Source: Burkholderiaceae bacterium (GTDB taxonomy: Bacteria; Pseudomonadota; Gammaproteobacteria; Burkholderiales; Burkholderiaceae). Taken from it: a stretch of DNA of 64,000 nucleotides. The stretch is from assembly GCA_031538895.1 (NCBI GenBank), contig JAVKLU010000020.1, forward strand, positions 108 to 64,107, read 5' to 3'. How positions within the stretch are numbered: the first letter of the stretch is position 1; each line of letters begins with the position of its first letter. The notes under the pieces were generated by a model that was not told the DNA's origin, did no database searches, and saw only the letters and a program-made list of their open reading frames with translations. Shown one piece after another: positions 9,259-18,857 of the stretch. Position numbers and translations under genes: made by a program.

Positions 9259-11883
9259 ATGGTTCAATTCGCCAAAGAAACCCTCCCCATTTCTCTAGAA
9301 GACGAGATGCGCAAAAGTTATCTCGATTACGCCATGAGTGTGATTGTGGGACGTGCGCTGCCCGATGTTCGTGATGGTTTAAAACCGGTGCATCGACGCG
9401 TTTTGTTTGCGATGCACGAAACCAATAATGTGTGGAATCGTTCTTACGTCAAATGCGCACGCGTCGTTGGGGAGGTGATGGGTAAATACCATCCTCATGG
9501 CGATCAAGCGATTTACGACACTTTGGTGCGAATGGCGCAAAATTTTTCATTGCGCTATCCACTGGTTGATGGACAAGGAAACTTTGGCTCGATCGATGGC
9601 GACAACGCTGCGGCAATGCGTTACACCGAGTGCCGACTGGACAAAATCGCTGACGAGTTACTGGCCGATATTGATAAAGACACCGTTGACTTTGTTCCCA
9701 ATTACGACGGCAAAGAGCGCGAACCGGCCGTACTGCCAACACGCTTGCCGAACTTGTTAATCAATGGGTCATCGGGAATTGCGGTGGGAATGGCGACCAA
9801 TATTCCGCCGCACAATTTAAATGAAATTACTAAAGGTGTACTGTATTTGCTGGCCAATCCTGAAGCGACGATTGATGAGTTGATGGGTTTTATTCCGGCG
9901 CCTGATTTTCCTACTGGCGGTTTAATTTATGGCGTATCGGGAATTCGCGACGCCTATCACAGCGGACGTGGACGCGTCGTGATGCGCGCCAAAACACATT
10001 TTGAACCATACGGTTCGGGTGATCGCCAAGCGATTGTTGTCGACGAAATTCCTTACCAAGTCAATAAAAAAAGCCTGATCGAACGGATGGCTGAATTGGT
10101 ACGCGATAAAAAATTAGACGGCATTAGCGATGCACGCGACGAGTCCGATAAATCGGGGATGCGTTTAGTGATTGAGTTAAAACGCGGTGAAATCCCTGAA
10201 GTCGTATTAAATAATTTATACAAACACACACAGTTACAAGACAGCTTTGGAATCAATATGGTGGCGCTGGTCGATGGTCAGCCGCGCTTATTGAATATCA
10301 AACAAGTCTTGCAATCTTTTCTCAATCACCGCCGCGAAGTCATCACACGCCGCACCGTTTTTGAATTACGCAAAGCGCGTGATCGCGGTCATGTGCTGGA
10401 AGGTTTAGCCGTGGCACTGGCCAACATCGATGACTTTATCGCCTTGATTAAAGCCGCGCCAACACCGCCTGAAGCGCGCATCGCCCTGATGAATAAAACT
10501 TGGGATTCATCCTTAGTGCGAAATATGTTGGAGCGTGCTGCGCAAAATAACGCGGGCGATGTCAGTGCCTATCGTCCGGAATCTTTGCCGGCTGATTTTG
10601 GTTTGCAAGGTGATGGTTTGTATCGTTTGTCAGAAATTCAAGCGCAAGAAATTTTGCAGATGCGTTTGCAACGTTTGACCGGTTTAGAGCAAGACAAAAT
10701 CTTGAACGAATATCATGAAATCATGACGCACATCAGCGACTTGATTGATATTTTAAAAACGCCTGCTCGGGTCACACAAATCATCATTGAAGAAACCACT
10801 GCCGTGCAATTGGCTTACGGTGAAGGTAATCCACGTCGTTCAGAAATCGAACTCAATTCAGCGGATTTAGAAACTGAAGATTTAATCACGCCAGAAAACC
10901 GCGTTGTCACCATCAGTCACACCGGTTATATCAAAGCACAAGCGCTCTCGGACTACCGCGCGCAAAAACGCGGCGGACGCGGCAAAGCGGCCACTCAAAT
11001 GAAAGAAGACGATTGGGTTGAACAATTATTTATTGGCCATACACATGACTTTATTTTGTTCTTCTCAAACCGTGGTCGCGTGTACTGGCAAAAAGTATGG
11101 GAACTGCCAATCGGCAGTCGTGCTGGGCGTGGCAAACCACTGGTCAATTTATTCCCTATGGAAGAGGGTGAAAAAATCACCGTCACCTTGCCATTGGATG
11201 GCGGGATGAGCAAATTTCCCCAAGACCATTTTGTATTTTTAGGAACCGCCGCCGGCGTAGTGAAAAAAACACCTTTGTCGGAGTTTTCTAACCCACGCAA
11301 AAACGGCATCATCGCGGTTGATTTAGATGAAGGTGATGTCTTGATCGGCGCCGCGTTGACTGATGGCACATACGACGTGATGCTGTTCTCTGACGCGGGT
11401 AAAGCAGTACGCTTTGACGAAAACGATGTGCGCAGTGTCGGCCGTGGGGCACGCGGTGTTCGCGGAATGAATTTAGATGAAGGTCAATCGGTGATTGCCT
11501 TACTGGTGGCTAAAGACGAAGCACAATCGGTGCTGACCGCCACTGAAAACGGTTTTGGTAAACGCACCTCGATTACTGAATACACGCGCCATGGCCGTGG
11601 TACTAAAGGAATGACGGCGATCAAGACCTCGGAACGAAACGGTAAAGTTGTCGCCGCGACGCTGGCGAACGATACTGACGAAGTGATGTTGATCACCAAC
11701 GGCGGTATATTGATTCGCACCCGTGTGGCTGAGATTCGAGAAATGGGGCGCGCGACACAAGGCGTGCGTTTAATTTCAATTGATGAAAACAGTTTACTGT
11801 CCGGCCTGCACCGGATTAACGAGGCAATGATTGGTGATGATGAAGAAGAAGAAGGTGAAGATGATTTTTTCTTAGTCGGTTAA
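9259..11883 (+). CDS. gyrA: DNA gyrase subunit A
   Basis: Canonical GyrA N-terminus ([28 protein letters not shown]), the active-site region AAMRYTE, and an acidic C-terminal tail. Start at MVQFAKE. Confidence 0.95.
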   Translation: MVQFAKETLPISLEDEMRKSYLDYAMSVIVGRALPDVRDGLKPVHRRVLFAMHETNNVWNRSYVKCARVVGEVMGKYHPHGDQAIYDTLVRMAQNFSLRYPLVDGQGNFGSIDGDNAAAMRYTECRLDKIADELLADIDKDTVDFVPNYDGKEREPAVLPTRLPNLLINGSSGIAVGMATNIPPHNLNEITKGVLYLLANPEATIDELMGFIPAPDFPTGGLIYGVSGIRDAYHSGRGRVVMRAKTHFEPYGSGDRQAIVVDEIPYQVNKKSLIERMAELVRDKKLDGISDARDESDKSGMRLVIELKRGEIPEVVLNNLYKHTQLQDSFGINMVALVDGQPRLLNIKQVLQSFLNHRREVITRRTVFELRKARDRGHVLEGLAVALANIDDFIALIKAAPTPPEARIALMNKTWDSSLVRNMLERAAQNNAGDVSAYRPESLPADFGLQGDGLYRLSEIQAQEILQMRLQRLTGLEQDKILNEYHEIMTHISDLIDILKTPARVTQIIIEETTAVQLAYGEGNPRRSEIELNSADLETEDLITPENRVVTISHTGYIKAQALSDYRAQKRGGRGKAATQMKEDDWVEQLFIGHTHDFILFFSNRGRVYWQKVWELPIGSRAGRGKPLVNLFPMEEGEKITVTLPLDGGMSKFPQDHFVFLGTAAGVVKKTPLSEFSNPRKNGIIAVDLDEGDVLIGAALTDGTYDVMLFSDAGKAVRFDENDVRSVGRGARGVRGMNLDEGQSVIALLVAKDEAQSVLTATENGFGKRTSITEYTRHGRGTKGMTAIKTSERNGKVVAATLANDTDEVMLITNGGILIRTRVAEIREMGRATQGVRLISIDENSLLSGLHRINEAMIGDDEEEEGEDDFFLVG

Positions 11884-11951
11884 GCGCACAGAACTAAGCG
11901 CACAGAACTAAGCGTACAGAACTCAGCGCAGAGAACTAAGCGCGCAGGTCT
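11882..11951. repeat. about 5 imperfect copies of a 14-bp tandem repeat (AAGCGCACAGAACT)
   Basis: Read directly: aagcgcacagaact aagcgcacagaact aagcgtacagaact cagcgcagagaact aagcgcgcaggtct, immediately after the gyrA stop. Confidence 0.7.
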
Positions 11952-11970
11952 AAGGAAAAACCTGAATCAT

Positions 11971-12870
11971 TCATTTATCTTTTTCAGACAGCCATGCTTG
12001 ATTCCAATAATGAGAAAGCGGCAATTGTGTATTGCCCAGTATTGAAGCGAATGCACTTGATGCGCTGACGTTATCGAGCGCTAAGAGCGCCAGAGTTTCA
12101 CTACACCATGGTGCAAAGGGCACATAGTCGCCCAGACGTGCACTTAAGCGAGTCATCCACGCAGGCAAGACGAGTATTCGCGCAGCCCTTCGACCTTGTT
12201 GCTCACGCAAATTGGCAATAAAAGCGGCAAGAGGCAAGGCACTTGTACCGACGCATTCATACATGGCGTCAATTTTGGAATGTCTTAACAAACTCGCCAC
12301 ACCTCTGGCCAAATCTTGCACTGCAATGGGTTGTACTTGTGCGCTTAACACTGGTTTGGGCAGTACGAGCATCGGCAGTTTTGACAAGGCAACAAACATC
12401 TTGCTACTGGCGCCACCCGCCCCAAAGATGATGCTGGGGCGTAGCACCGTGCCGCTCAGTTGCTCTTTTTTAATCAGCGATAACAAATGAATATCCGCTT
12501 CACGCTTAGTGGCCGCGTAGTCAGTTGGGTTGTCCAATGCAGTGCTGCCAACCCCTAGTGCAGAAATTTGGATCACCCGAATTGGCGTGGCGCGCATCTG
12601 ACTGACTGTTGCACAAGCATCAAACAAGGCTTTTGGCGTATCGCTATGCACCGCTTTCAGTGGGCGCGATTGACTGTCGCGTAGCACGCCAACCGCATTG
12701 ATCACCACATCTATATTTTCCAGACGTGCAATCCATACCTCAGGATAGGTATCTTTGGCAAAATCCGCTTTGACTTCAACAATAGTATGCCCTTCTATAA
12801 TCAGCGCCGCTTTAATATTGCGCCCCACAAAGCCCCGCGCACCGCACAGCAAAATATTTAGCGTACTCAT
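11971..12870 (-). CDS. NAD(P)-binding SDR/epimerase family protein
   Basis: N-terminal Rossmann motif (ILLCGARGFVGRNI). About 300 aa, typical of atypical SDR/NmrA-like proteins. Confidence 0.65.
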   Translation of the reverse strand: MSTLNILLCGARGFVGRNIKAALIIEGHTIVEVKADFAKDTYPEVWIARLENIDVVINAVGVLRDSQSRPLKAVHSDTPKALFDACATVSQMRATPIRVIQISALGVGSTALDNPTDYAATKREADIHLLSLIKKEQLSGTVLRPSIIFGAGGASSKMFVALSKLPMLVLPKPVLSAQVQPIAVQDLARGVASLLRHSKIDAMYECVGTSALPLAAFIANLREQQGRRAARILVLPAWMTRLSARLGDYVPFAPWCSETLALLALDNVSASSAFASILGNTQLPLSHYWNQAWLSEKDK

Positions 12871-12910
12871 AAAACGTTCTCCTTTGAATAATTGGTCAGA
12901 TCAAATATCG

Positions 12911-13498
12911 ATGTTAAAAAATCAGTCTGTAATTAACGCTCAACAAAGCTCTCAAAACGCTTCAGAAAGTGTCCGAACCTCAAGTACTCTAAATGGCCTA
13001 AGCGCTTCGTGGTATTTGGTGCACACCAAACCGCGCCAAGAAGACACTGCGCTGATCAATCTCGAACAGCAGGGATACATGTGCTATTTACCCAAACTGC
13101 AAATCGAAAGAATTCGTCGTCACAAAGCCGAAGTCGTCATCGAGCCAATGTTTCCTCGTTATTTATTTATCCAACTGAATCAGCGTGACGAAAATCAAAG
13201 TTGGGCGCCAATCCGATCCACCATCGGTGTCAGCCAGCTAGTGCGCTTTGGCACACAGATTGCAAAAGTTGATGATCGATTGCTTGATTTATTGCGCTCT
13301 CGCGAATCGACCCACCCTACCGAATCATTATTCCAGCCAGGTGAACACGTTCGCGTTACTGAGGGTCCATTTATCGGTTTTGAAGCGATCTATCAAACCA
13401 CCGATGCCGAGCGCCGTTCAATGATTTTGTTAGAGTTTCTCAACAAACCCGTGTCTGTCAAAATCAATACGGCGGGTCTCGAAAAAATTGCGTCGTAG
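12911..13498 (+). CDS. NusG-paralog transcription antiterminator (RfaH-like)
   Basis: NGN domain start (WYLVHTKPRQE...MFPRYLFI) and a C-terminal KOW-like segment (GEHVRVTEGPFIGFEAIY). ATG at 12911 chosen because the longer ORF overlaps the divergent SDR gene. Confidence 0.7.
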   Translation: MLKNQSVINAQQSSQNASESVRTSSTLNGLSASWYLVHTKPRQEDTALINLEQQGYMCYLPKLQIERIRRHKAEVVIEPMFPRYLFIQLNQRDENQSWAPIRSTIGVSQLVRFGTQIAKVDDRLLDLLRSRESTHPTESLFQPGEHVRVTEGPFIGFEAIYQTTDAERRSMILLEFLNKPVSVKINTAGLEKIAS

Positions 13499-13542
13499 TT
13501 GTATTAGCGTGTACTAACCTGTTCTAGCGCATGCAAAAGTAC

Positions 13543-14556
13543 CTACGCGGTCTTTTGAACCTCGCGTGTAAAGCCCTCTAACAACGATCGCATTTTGGCC
13601 CTAGTCAAACGATTACCATGTTGACGCACGACTTCGGCGGCACAACGATTGCCTAATAAGGCGGCCTGCGCAGGGTGATAACCCTGCGTCACTGCGTATA
13701 AAAAAGCACCTGCAAACATATCACCCGCACCGTTGGTATCGACTGCCTCGACCACAGGAGTGGGCACTTCAACCTGAAAATCTTTAGCTAGGATTAAACA
13801 TCCTCGCGCGCCGCGTGTCACGCACACTGTTTTGGCGAGTACGCTTATGCTCGATTCGACGTTTGACCAGTCGTCGCTACCGCACCAGGTTTTGGCTTCC
13901 TCTTCGTTACAAAACACATAATCCAAACCACCTGCAAGCATGGCATCAAGACCAGATCGGCAAAAACGAATCATGCTGACATCACTCAAAGTCAAAGCCA
14001 AAGCGACTCCTGCGCCACGTGCAAAGCTTTTGCCTTTGATCGCCGCCATCAAGCCGGTGGGCGATGCCGCAAGATAACCTTCCATGTAATAAATGGCCGA
14101 TTGTGTAATCTCTTTGGGCTGCAAAGAAGCATCATCTAATTGGGCGCTGACACCCAAAAAAGTACACATGCTGCGTTCCGCGTCGGGTGTCACAAACACG
14201 AGACAACTGCCGGTTTGTCCTTGCTGCTCCTTGGTATTTGACACATTTGTCGCCACCCCATTACGTCGCAAATCATCTGCGTAAAAATGACCCAATTCAT
14301 CGTCAGAAACTCGGCACGAATAAAATGCCCGTCCTCCTAACTGCGACAGCGCGACAACGGTATTGCCTGCAGACCCTCCCCCTGTTTTACGCGGCGTCAG
14401 ATCGACGACATGATTTAACAACTCGGCGCGACGATCTTGATCAACCAAAGTCATGTGTCGTTTATCGACGCCCATGTTTTGTAATTGCGCGTCGCTGACT
14501 TCGTATTCTGAATCGACCAGCGCATTGCCGACCGCGTATAAATGGTGATCAAACAT
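13543..14556 (-). CDS. PfkB-family carbohydrate/adenosine kinase
   Basis: PfkB signatures (GGSAGNT near the N-terminus, DTNGAGDMFAGAF near the C-terminus). The overall layout resembles bacterial adenosine kinases. Confidence 0.7.
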   Translation of the reverse strand: MFDHHLYAVGNALVDSEYEVSDAQLQNMGVDKRHMTLVDQDRRAELLNHVVDLTPRKTGGGSAGNTVVALSQLGGRAFYSCRVSDDELGHFYADDLRRNGVATNVSNTKEQQGQTGSCLVFVTPDAERSMCTFLGVSAQLDDASLQPKEITQSAIYYMEGYLAASPTGLMAAIKGKSFARGAGVALALTLSDVSMIRFCRSGLDAMLAGGLDYVFCNEEEAKTWCGSDDWSNVESSISVLAKTVCVTRGARGCLILAKDFQVEVPTPVVEAVDTNGAGDMFAGAFLYAVTQGYHPAQAALLGNRCAAEVVRQHGNRLTRAKMRSLLEGFTREVQKTA

Positions 14557-14744
14557 GTAGATATGTTGTGGTCAAAGAAGATGCGAAAATTTATCTGATC
14601 GCGACTGTTTTAGCGACTGTCTTATTTAAAGATCAGCGATCACTTGTTCAAAATCCCCAAGTTCCATCAGATCGCTCCAAATTTCTGCGGCTTCTGCAAT
14701 ATACGCGGCATGGATAGGCGGGCAAGTCTGTCAGAAACCACTCT

Positions 14745-15536
14745 CTAGCTCTTGCTCAGTCCCAAAGACCGCTTGATCTGTTGAATTTTAATTGCCGCGC
14801 TTTCGTCTTGTACCGCGCCTCGCCAAGCCTTGCGCACAAAAACAAATAGCAGCAAAACAAAAGCAGAAGCCAAGGTCGCTAACACGATAATGAGACTGCG
14901 CTTTGGCGACACTGGCTTTGACGACAGGCTGGGTTCTTGAGCAAACACCTCCGCACCCCTCGCTTTTAACTTCAAACTCAACTCTATATTATCGACTCTT
15001 GGATCCACAATATCTGTCTTATTGCTAGATCGCCTAAATGTGCCTACCCCATCAGCAATCAACTGATGATTCAAGGCCATTTTTTGCACAATCGCCTCCC
15101 GTTCTTGACCTTTAGGTTGTAGCTCGATGAGTAACACTTCTACCGCATTGCGGCCTAAGGCTTGGGCGTCTTCAGGGCTCGTTCCTTTCGCCACGAGAGT
15201 GGCCAATTTAGTTTTTTTGTCGATTGAGTACGAAAGATTTTGTTTTAGCAACTGACGCGCATCGTCTTTTACCCCATCGGCCTTGGCCAAGAAGCCAAAT
15301 TTGTCAATCAATTGGTCCAGTACAGGCGTAGTATGGAGTAATGCGATTTCTTCATCATTCAAACGTAGACTGGCGATGGATTCATAAGTCTTAGGGCATA
15401 AAAAACTTACCCCACCGGCTAAAATAGCCACCACCAAAGGACCAATGATCAACAATCGCCAAGCCTCGGCCAGCGTGACCAAAATATCCAGTAGGCTAAT
15501 CTCATCATCGCTTGGTTCTATTATTTGTTCTGTCAT
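14745..15536 (-). CDS. Wzz/FepE-type polysaccharide chain-length determinant domain protein
   Basis: N-terminal Wzz motif region (DDEISLLDIL...) followed by a TM helix, a periplasmic coiled region, and a C-terminal TM helix. Confidence 0.6.
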   Translation of the reverse strand: MTEQIIEPSDDEISLLDILVTLAEAWRLLIIGPLVVAILAGGVSFLCPKTYESIASLRLNDEEIALLHTTPVLDQLIDKFGFLAKADGVKDDARQLLKQNLSYSIDKKTKLATLVAKGTSPEDAQALGRNAVEVLLIELQPKGQEREAIVQKMALNHQLIADGVGTFRRSSNKTDIVDPRVDNIELSLKLKARGAEVFAQEPSLSSKPVSPKRSLIIVLATLASAFVLLLFVFVRKAWRGAVQDESAAIKIQQIKRSLGLSKS

Positions 15537-15662
15537 AACTCAAGATGGGTGGAATCAATTAAACGGTTCTTATGCTTAGTTCTTGTGCTTAGTTTGCGCA
15601 TAAACATTGCCCAAGCGATGTTCTTGTCGTTCAGTCAAGTTTTAATCATTGCCAAAAGTCAC

Positions 15663-15751
<89 letters not shown>

Positions 15752-15838
15752 GTATACAGACACTGCAATTAACGCTTGATTATAAGGGTTGAGGATAAGA
15801 GTTGAGGCGGTGGCGGTTCTTGATCTGATCGCCTGACC

Positions 15839-17101
15839 TCACCAATTTTCTAAGGGCAATGCGCGTTCATTTTCTAACAATGTCTGAATCGTTTCGCGTT
15901 CACGAATCACAGTGACGCGATCGCCTTTGACCAAAATTTCTGCTGCGCGCGGACGCGTGTTGTAATTAGAACTCATGCTCATACCATACGCGCCAACGTC
16001 ATGCAAGGCCAGCACATCGCCCAACTTAACCGCCAAAGCACGTGCGTTACCCAGCGTATCGCCCGTTTCACAAATAGGGCCGACGACCTCATAAATATGC
16101 TCGGGTTCATCATCACGTTGTTGGACAGCGCTGATGTGGTGATAGGCTTGATACAAGGATGGACGCATCAAATCATTCATCGCCGCATCAATGATTAAAA
16201 AATTTTTATGTTGGCCCAATTTACGCACCCGCGTTTGGCTTAACAAAACCGCACTGGCGCCGACAATCGAACGACCGGGTTCAAAAATGACTTGTGCTTG
16301 TGCTTGCCGCGCTTTGATTCGCTGTGTCACTTGCGTGACAAAATCAGTCACCGCCGGCGAGTTTTCCTGCGCACGATACGGTATTCCTACGCCACCCCCA
16401 ATATCAATGTGCGCTAAGTGAATTCCGAGGCCTTGCAATTCTGCGCACAAATCAAGCACCCGATCAGTCGCGTCAAGCAGCGGTTGCAATTCCAAAATTT
16501 GCGATCCAATATGGCAATCGATTCCCACAATATCCAAATGCGGCAATTGTTGCGCGTACTGATACGCGCTTAGGGCTGCGGTATGCGCGATGCCAAATTT
16601 ATTTTCTGCCAAACCTGTCGAAATATAGGGATGCGTTTTCGCATCGATATTGGGGTTAATCCGTAAAGAAATGGGCGCGCGCATATTAAGTTCTTGAGCA
16701 ATCGAATTGAGCTGATCGAGCTCATCAGTTGACTCAACGTTAAAACATTTAATCCCCGCGTGCAGCGCTGCGCGCATTTCCCAATCGCTTTTACCAACGC
16801 CCGAAAAAATCACTTTATTCGCCGCACCGCCGGCTAACAATACACGTTGCAATTCGCCGCCCGACACGATGTCAAATCCTGCGCCCCACTGCGCCAGCAA
16901 TTGCAATAACGCGCGGTTGCCATTGGCTTTTACCGAATAAGCAATCAATGCACCGGCAGCTTGCGCAGGTGTTTGATAGGCATGAAACGCGCGATGTAGT
17001 TGGGCGTAGGAGTAAACAAATAAAGGCGTGCCGTATTGTTGTGCGAGCTCCAGCAGAGGCAGGTTTTCAACTTGTAATTGTTGGTTTTTATAAGCGAACA
17101 T
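15839..17101 (-). CDS. lysA: diaminopimelate decarboxylase
   Basis: PLP-dependent Orn/DAP/Arg decarboxylase fold (YSVKAN, DIGGGVGIPY, GPICETGD). Start at MFAYKNQ rather than the F/I-rich upstream extension. Confidence 0.9.
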   Translation of the reverse strand: MFAYKNQQLQVENLPLLELAQQYGTPLFVYSYAQLHRAFHAYQTPAQAAGALIAYSVKANGNRALLQLLAQWGAGFDIVSGGELQRVLLAGGAANKVIFSGVGKSDWEMRAALHAGIKCFNVESTDELDQLNSIAQELNMRAPISLRINPNIDAKTHPYISTGLAENKFGIAHTAALSAYQYAQQLPHLDIVGIDCHIGSQILELQPLLDATDRVLDLCAELQGLGIHLAHIDIGGGVGIPYRAQENSPAVTDFVTQVTQRIKARQAQAQVIFEPGRSIVGASAVLLSQTRVRKLGQHKNFLIIDAAMNDLMRPSLYQAYHHISAVQQRDDEPEHIYEVVGPICETGDTLGNARALAVKLGDVLALHDVGAYGMSMSSNYNTRPRAAEILVKGDRVTVIRERETIQTLLENERALPLENW

Positions 17102-17207
17102 CGTGAACAAATGAAAGATAAAAATAAAAGTGAAAATGAAAGTGAAGTATCGCTTGAAATTGAAGATCAATAGACCTCACACCGCGCGTTCACAACAAAG
17201 CACCCCA

Positions 17208-17966
17208 TTACATCGGGTGCAACAAGCGCAAGGGACGAAATAATTCTTGCATGGCGGCGTTATGAATAAAACTTAAGTTATACGGATGTTCCGACGCTAA
17301 TGTGGGCAGAATTGTAAAAGTTTCAAGCGAACATCGCTGCATGGTTGCTTGCGCAATATTGCCCCATAACAAGCAGGTGGGGGCTTGTGCTTGCCCCGCC
17401 AAAGCACGCATCACACTGTTTAACAAAGCTTGCCAATGCGCGGCCTCGCGTTGGGGTGTGATATTTGGACGAAACACCAAGGCGGCGTTTAATAACAAAA
17501 AGCCGCGCGCCAATAAATTGGCCTGCAACTGCGCGCCGCTTTGAATCAATTGCGTCCTTGGGACATTCAGTAAATCATTGGTATTGTCGGCGGACAATAA
17601 TCCATCGGCCAGCAATAACATTTTGACAAAATTCCGTAACGAGGTGGCGCGGTTAACCTCACGCGACAAACCGCCTCCATCAGACCGCCACAAAGACATC
17701 ACGGCACCATCCATAAAGCTGTAACCGTTCGCACTGGCCGCACGCGGATAAGGCGCTTCACCCAAGAGTACAAAACGGACTTGATCGCGTGGCACCGAAA
17801 ACGCGGCAAAAATATGACCACGATGAGGTAAAAAATAGTCTGTATTTAACTGCGTAAAATAATCAGGCGTGCGCGCATTGATTGCCGTCACGCCTTCGTA
17901 TAAAACCTCATGCCAGCTACTGTGAGAATAATTTTTAATCAGGGTAAACATGTTTTGATCAATCAT
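17208..17966 (-). CDS. uracil-DNA glycosylase superfamily protein (divergent family-1-like)
   Basis: Collinear with Ung landmarks: VLLGEAPYP (cf. ILGQDPYH), GFLLLNAALVFR (cf. GVLLLNTVLTVR), CLLWGNIAQ (cf. FLLWGSHAQ), SEHPYNLS (cf. PHPSPLS). Confidence 0.6.
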   Translation of the reverse strand: MIDQNMFTLIKNYSHSSWHEVLYEGVTAINARTPDYFTQLNTDYFLPHRGHIFAAFSVPRDQVRFVLLGEAPYPRAASANGYSFMDGAVMSLWRSDGGGLSREVNRATSLRNFVKMLLLADGLLSADNTNDLLNVPRTQLIQSGAQLQANLLARGFLLLNAALVFRPNITPQREAAHWQALLNSVMRALAGQAQAPTCLLWGNIAQATMQRCSLETFTILPTLASEHPYNLSFIHNAAMQELFRPLRLLHPM

Positions 17967-18129
17967 TTTTGCAAGGTTTTAACGCCGACAATAAAAACAG
18001 ATTCTCTTGAACTGGTGATTCTTTTGAAGTCTTAATTGTGTCGACCCATCTGGCGCACTCATATAATTTCCAGATCAGTGTTTATTGCTTGTTATATTGT
18101 TGGTTAACTCAAATATTTTTACAGTACGT

Positions 18130-18846
18130 ATGTCAAAAAACTTTCATCTCAAAAACTTGACTCCTGCCCGATTGCGTACGCTGATAGTTTTAATCGCCAT
18201 TGTTAGCATCACACAAAATGTCTGCGCCGAAGACGCACCAGAGTTCTCATTCGGACAAGAACCCAGTAAACACTATTTTGGACTCGATGCCATGATGGGT
18301 AATGGCGCCCTTTGGACTGCGGATTTAACGCCAGCAGTAAGCACACAAGTGTCAACACAAAACCCCTTAAATTTAACGTATGGATATAAGTTCGCGCCGT
18401 ATTTTGCAGTAGAACTGGGTTACGCAGAAAACGATGTTCAAAAAAGCTATGGCCCGGGCAGTGTTTTTTTTGGTCAAAAGATCGAGACGATCAATATTTC
18501 AATCCGCCAAAAAACTCAACTCTTACCGATTAACACCGTATGGCGTTACGCCGTCACACCTGATGTCGATGCGATTTTAAAAGTTGGCGTTATCGCCATG
18601 AACAATGATTTTAATTTTTCAATTGCTTCAAATTCATCCGCCACTCAATCTAATCATAATTTTGTCATCAAACCAAACATTGGCCTGGCCAGTGAAGTTC
18701 GCATCAATGCATTCTTTAGTGCCATTTTTGGCGCCAACTATATTCCCAGTTATAGCTACAGCTACTACGACGGTGGATTGCCCGCTCAACTGACTTATCA
18801 ACTCAAAAATAGCTATCTATACGTCGGTACGCGCTTGTCGTTTTAA
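18130..18846 (+). CDS. outer-membrane beta-barrel protein
   Basis: Signal peptide (…ITQNVCA), alternating aromatic/hydrophobic beta-strand pattern, and a C-terminal ...YVGTRLSF ending in Phe. Confidence 0.6.
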   Translation: MSKNFHLKNLTPARLRTLIVLIAIVSITQNVCAEDAPEFSFGQEPSKHYFGLDAMMGNGALWTADLTPAVSTQVSTQNPLNLTYGYKFAPYFAVELGYAENDVQKSYGPGSVFFGQKIETINISIRQKTQLLPINTVWRYAVTPDVDAILKVGVIAMNNDFNFSIASNSSATQSNHNFVIKPNIGLASEVRINAFFSAIFGANYIPSYSYSYYDGGLPAQLTYQLKNSYLYVGTRLSF

Positions 18847-18857
18847 TAAAAAAATTT

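Noticed and set aside
11882-11951. Tandem repeat arrays (also 24689-24762 and 55845-55915) considered as possible CRISPR arrays.
   Set aside because: The units are contiguous with no unique spacers, are only 14-21 bp long, and no cas genes are present. They are minisatellites, not CRISPR.
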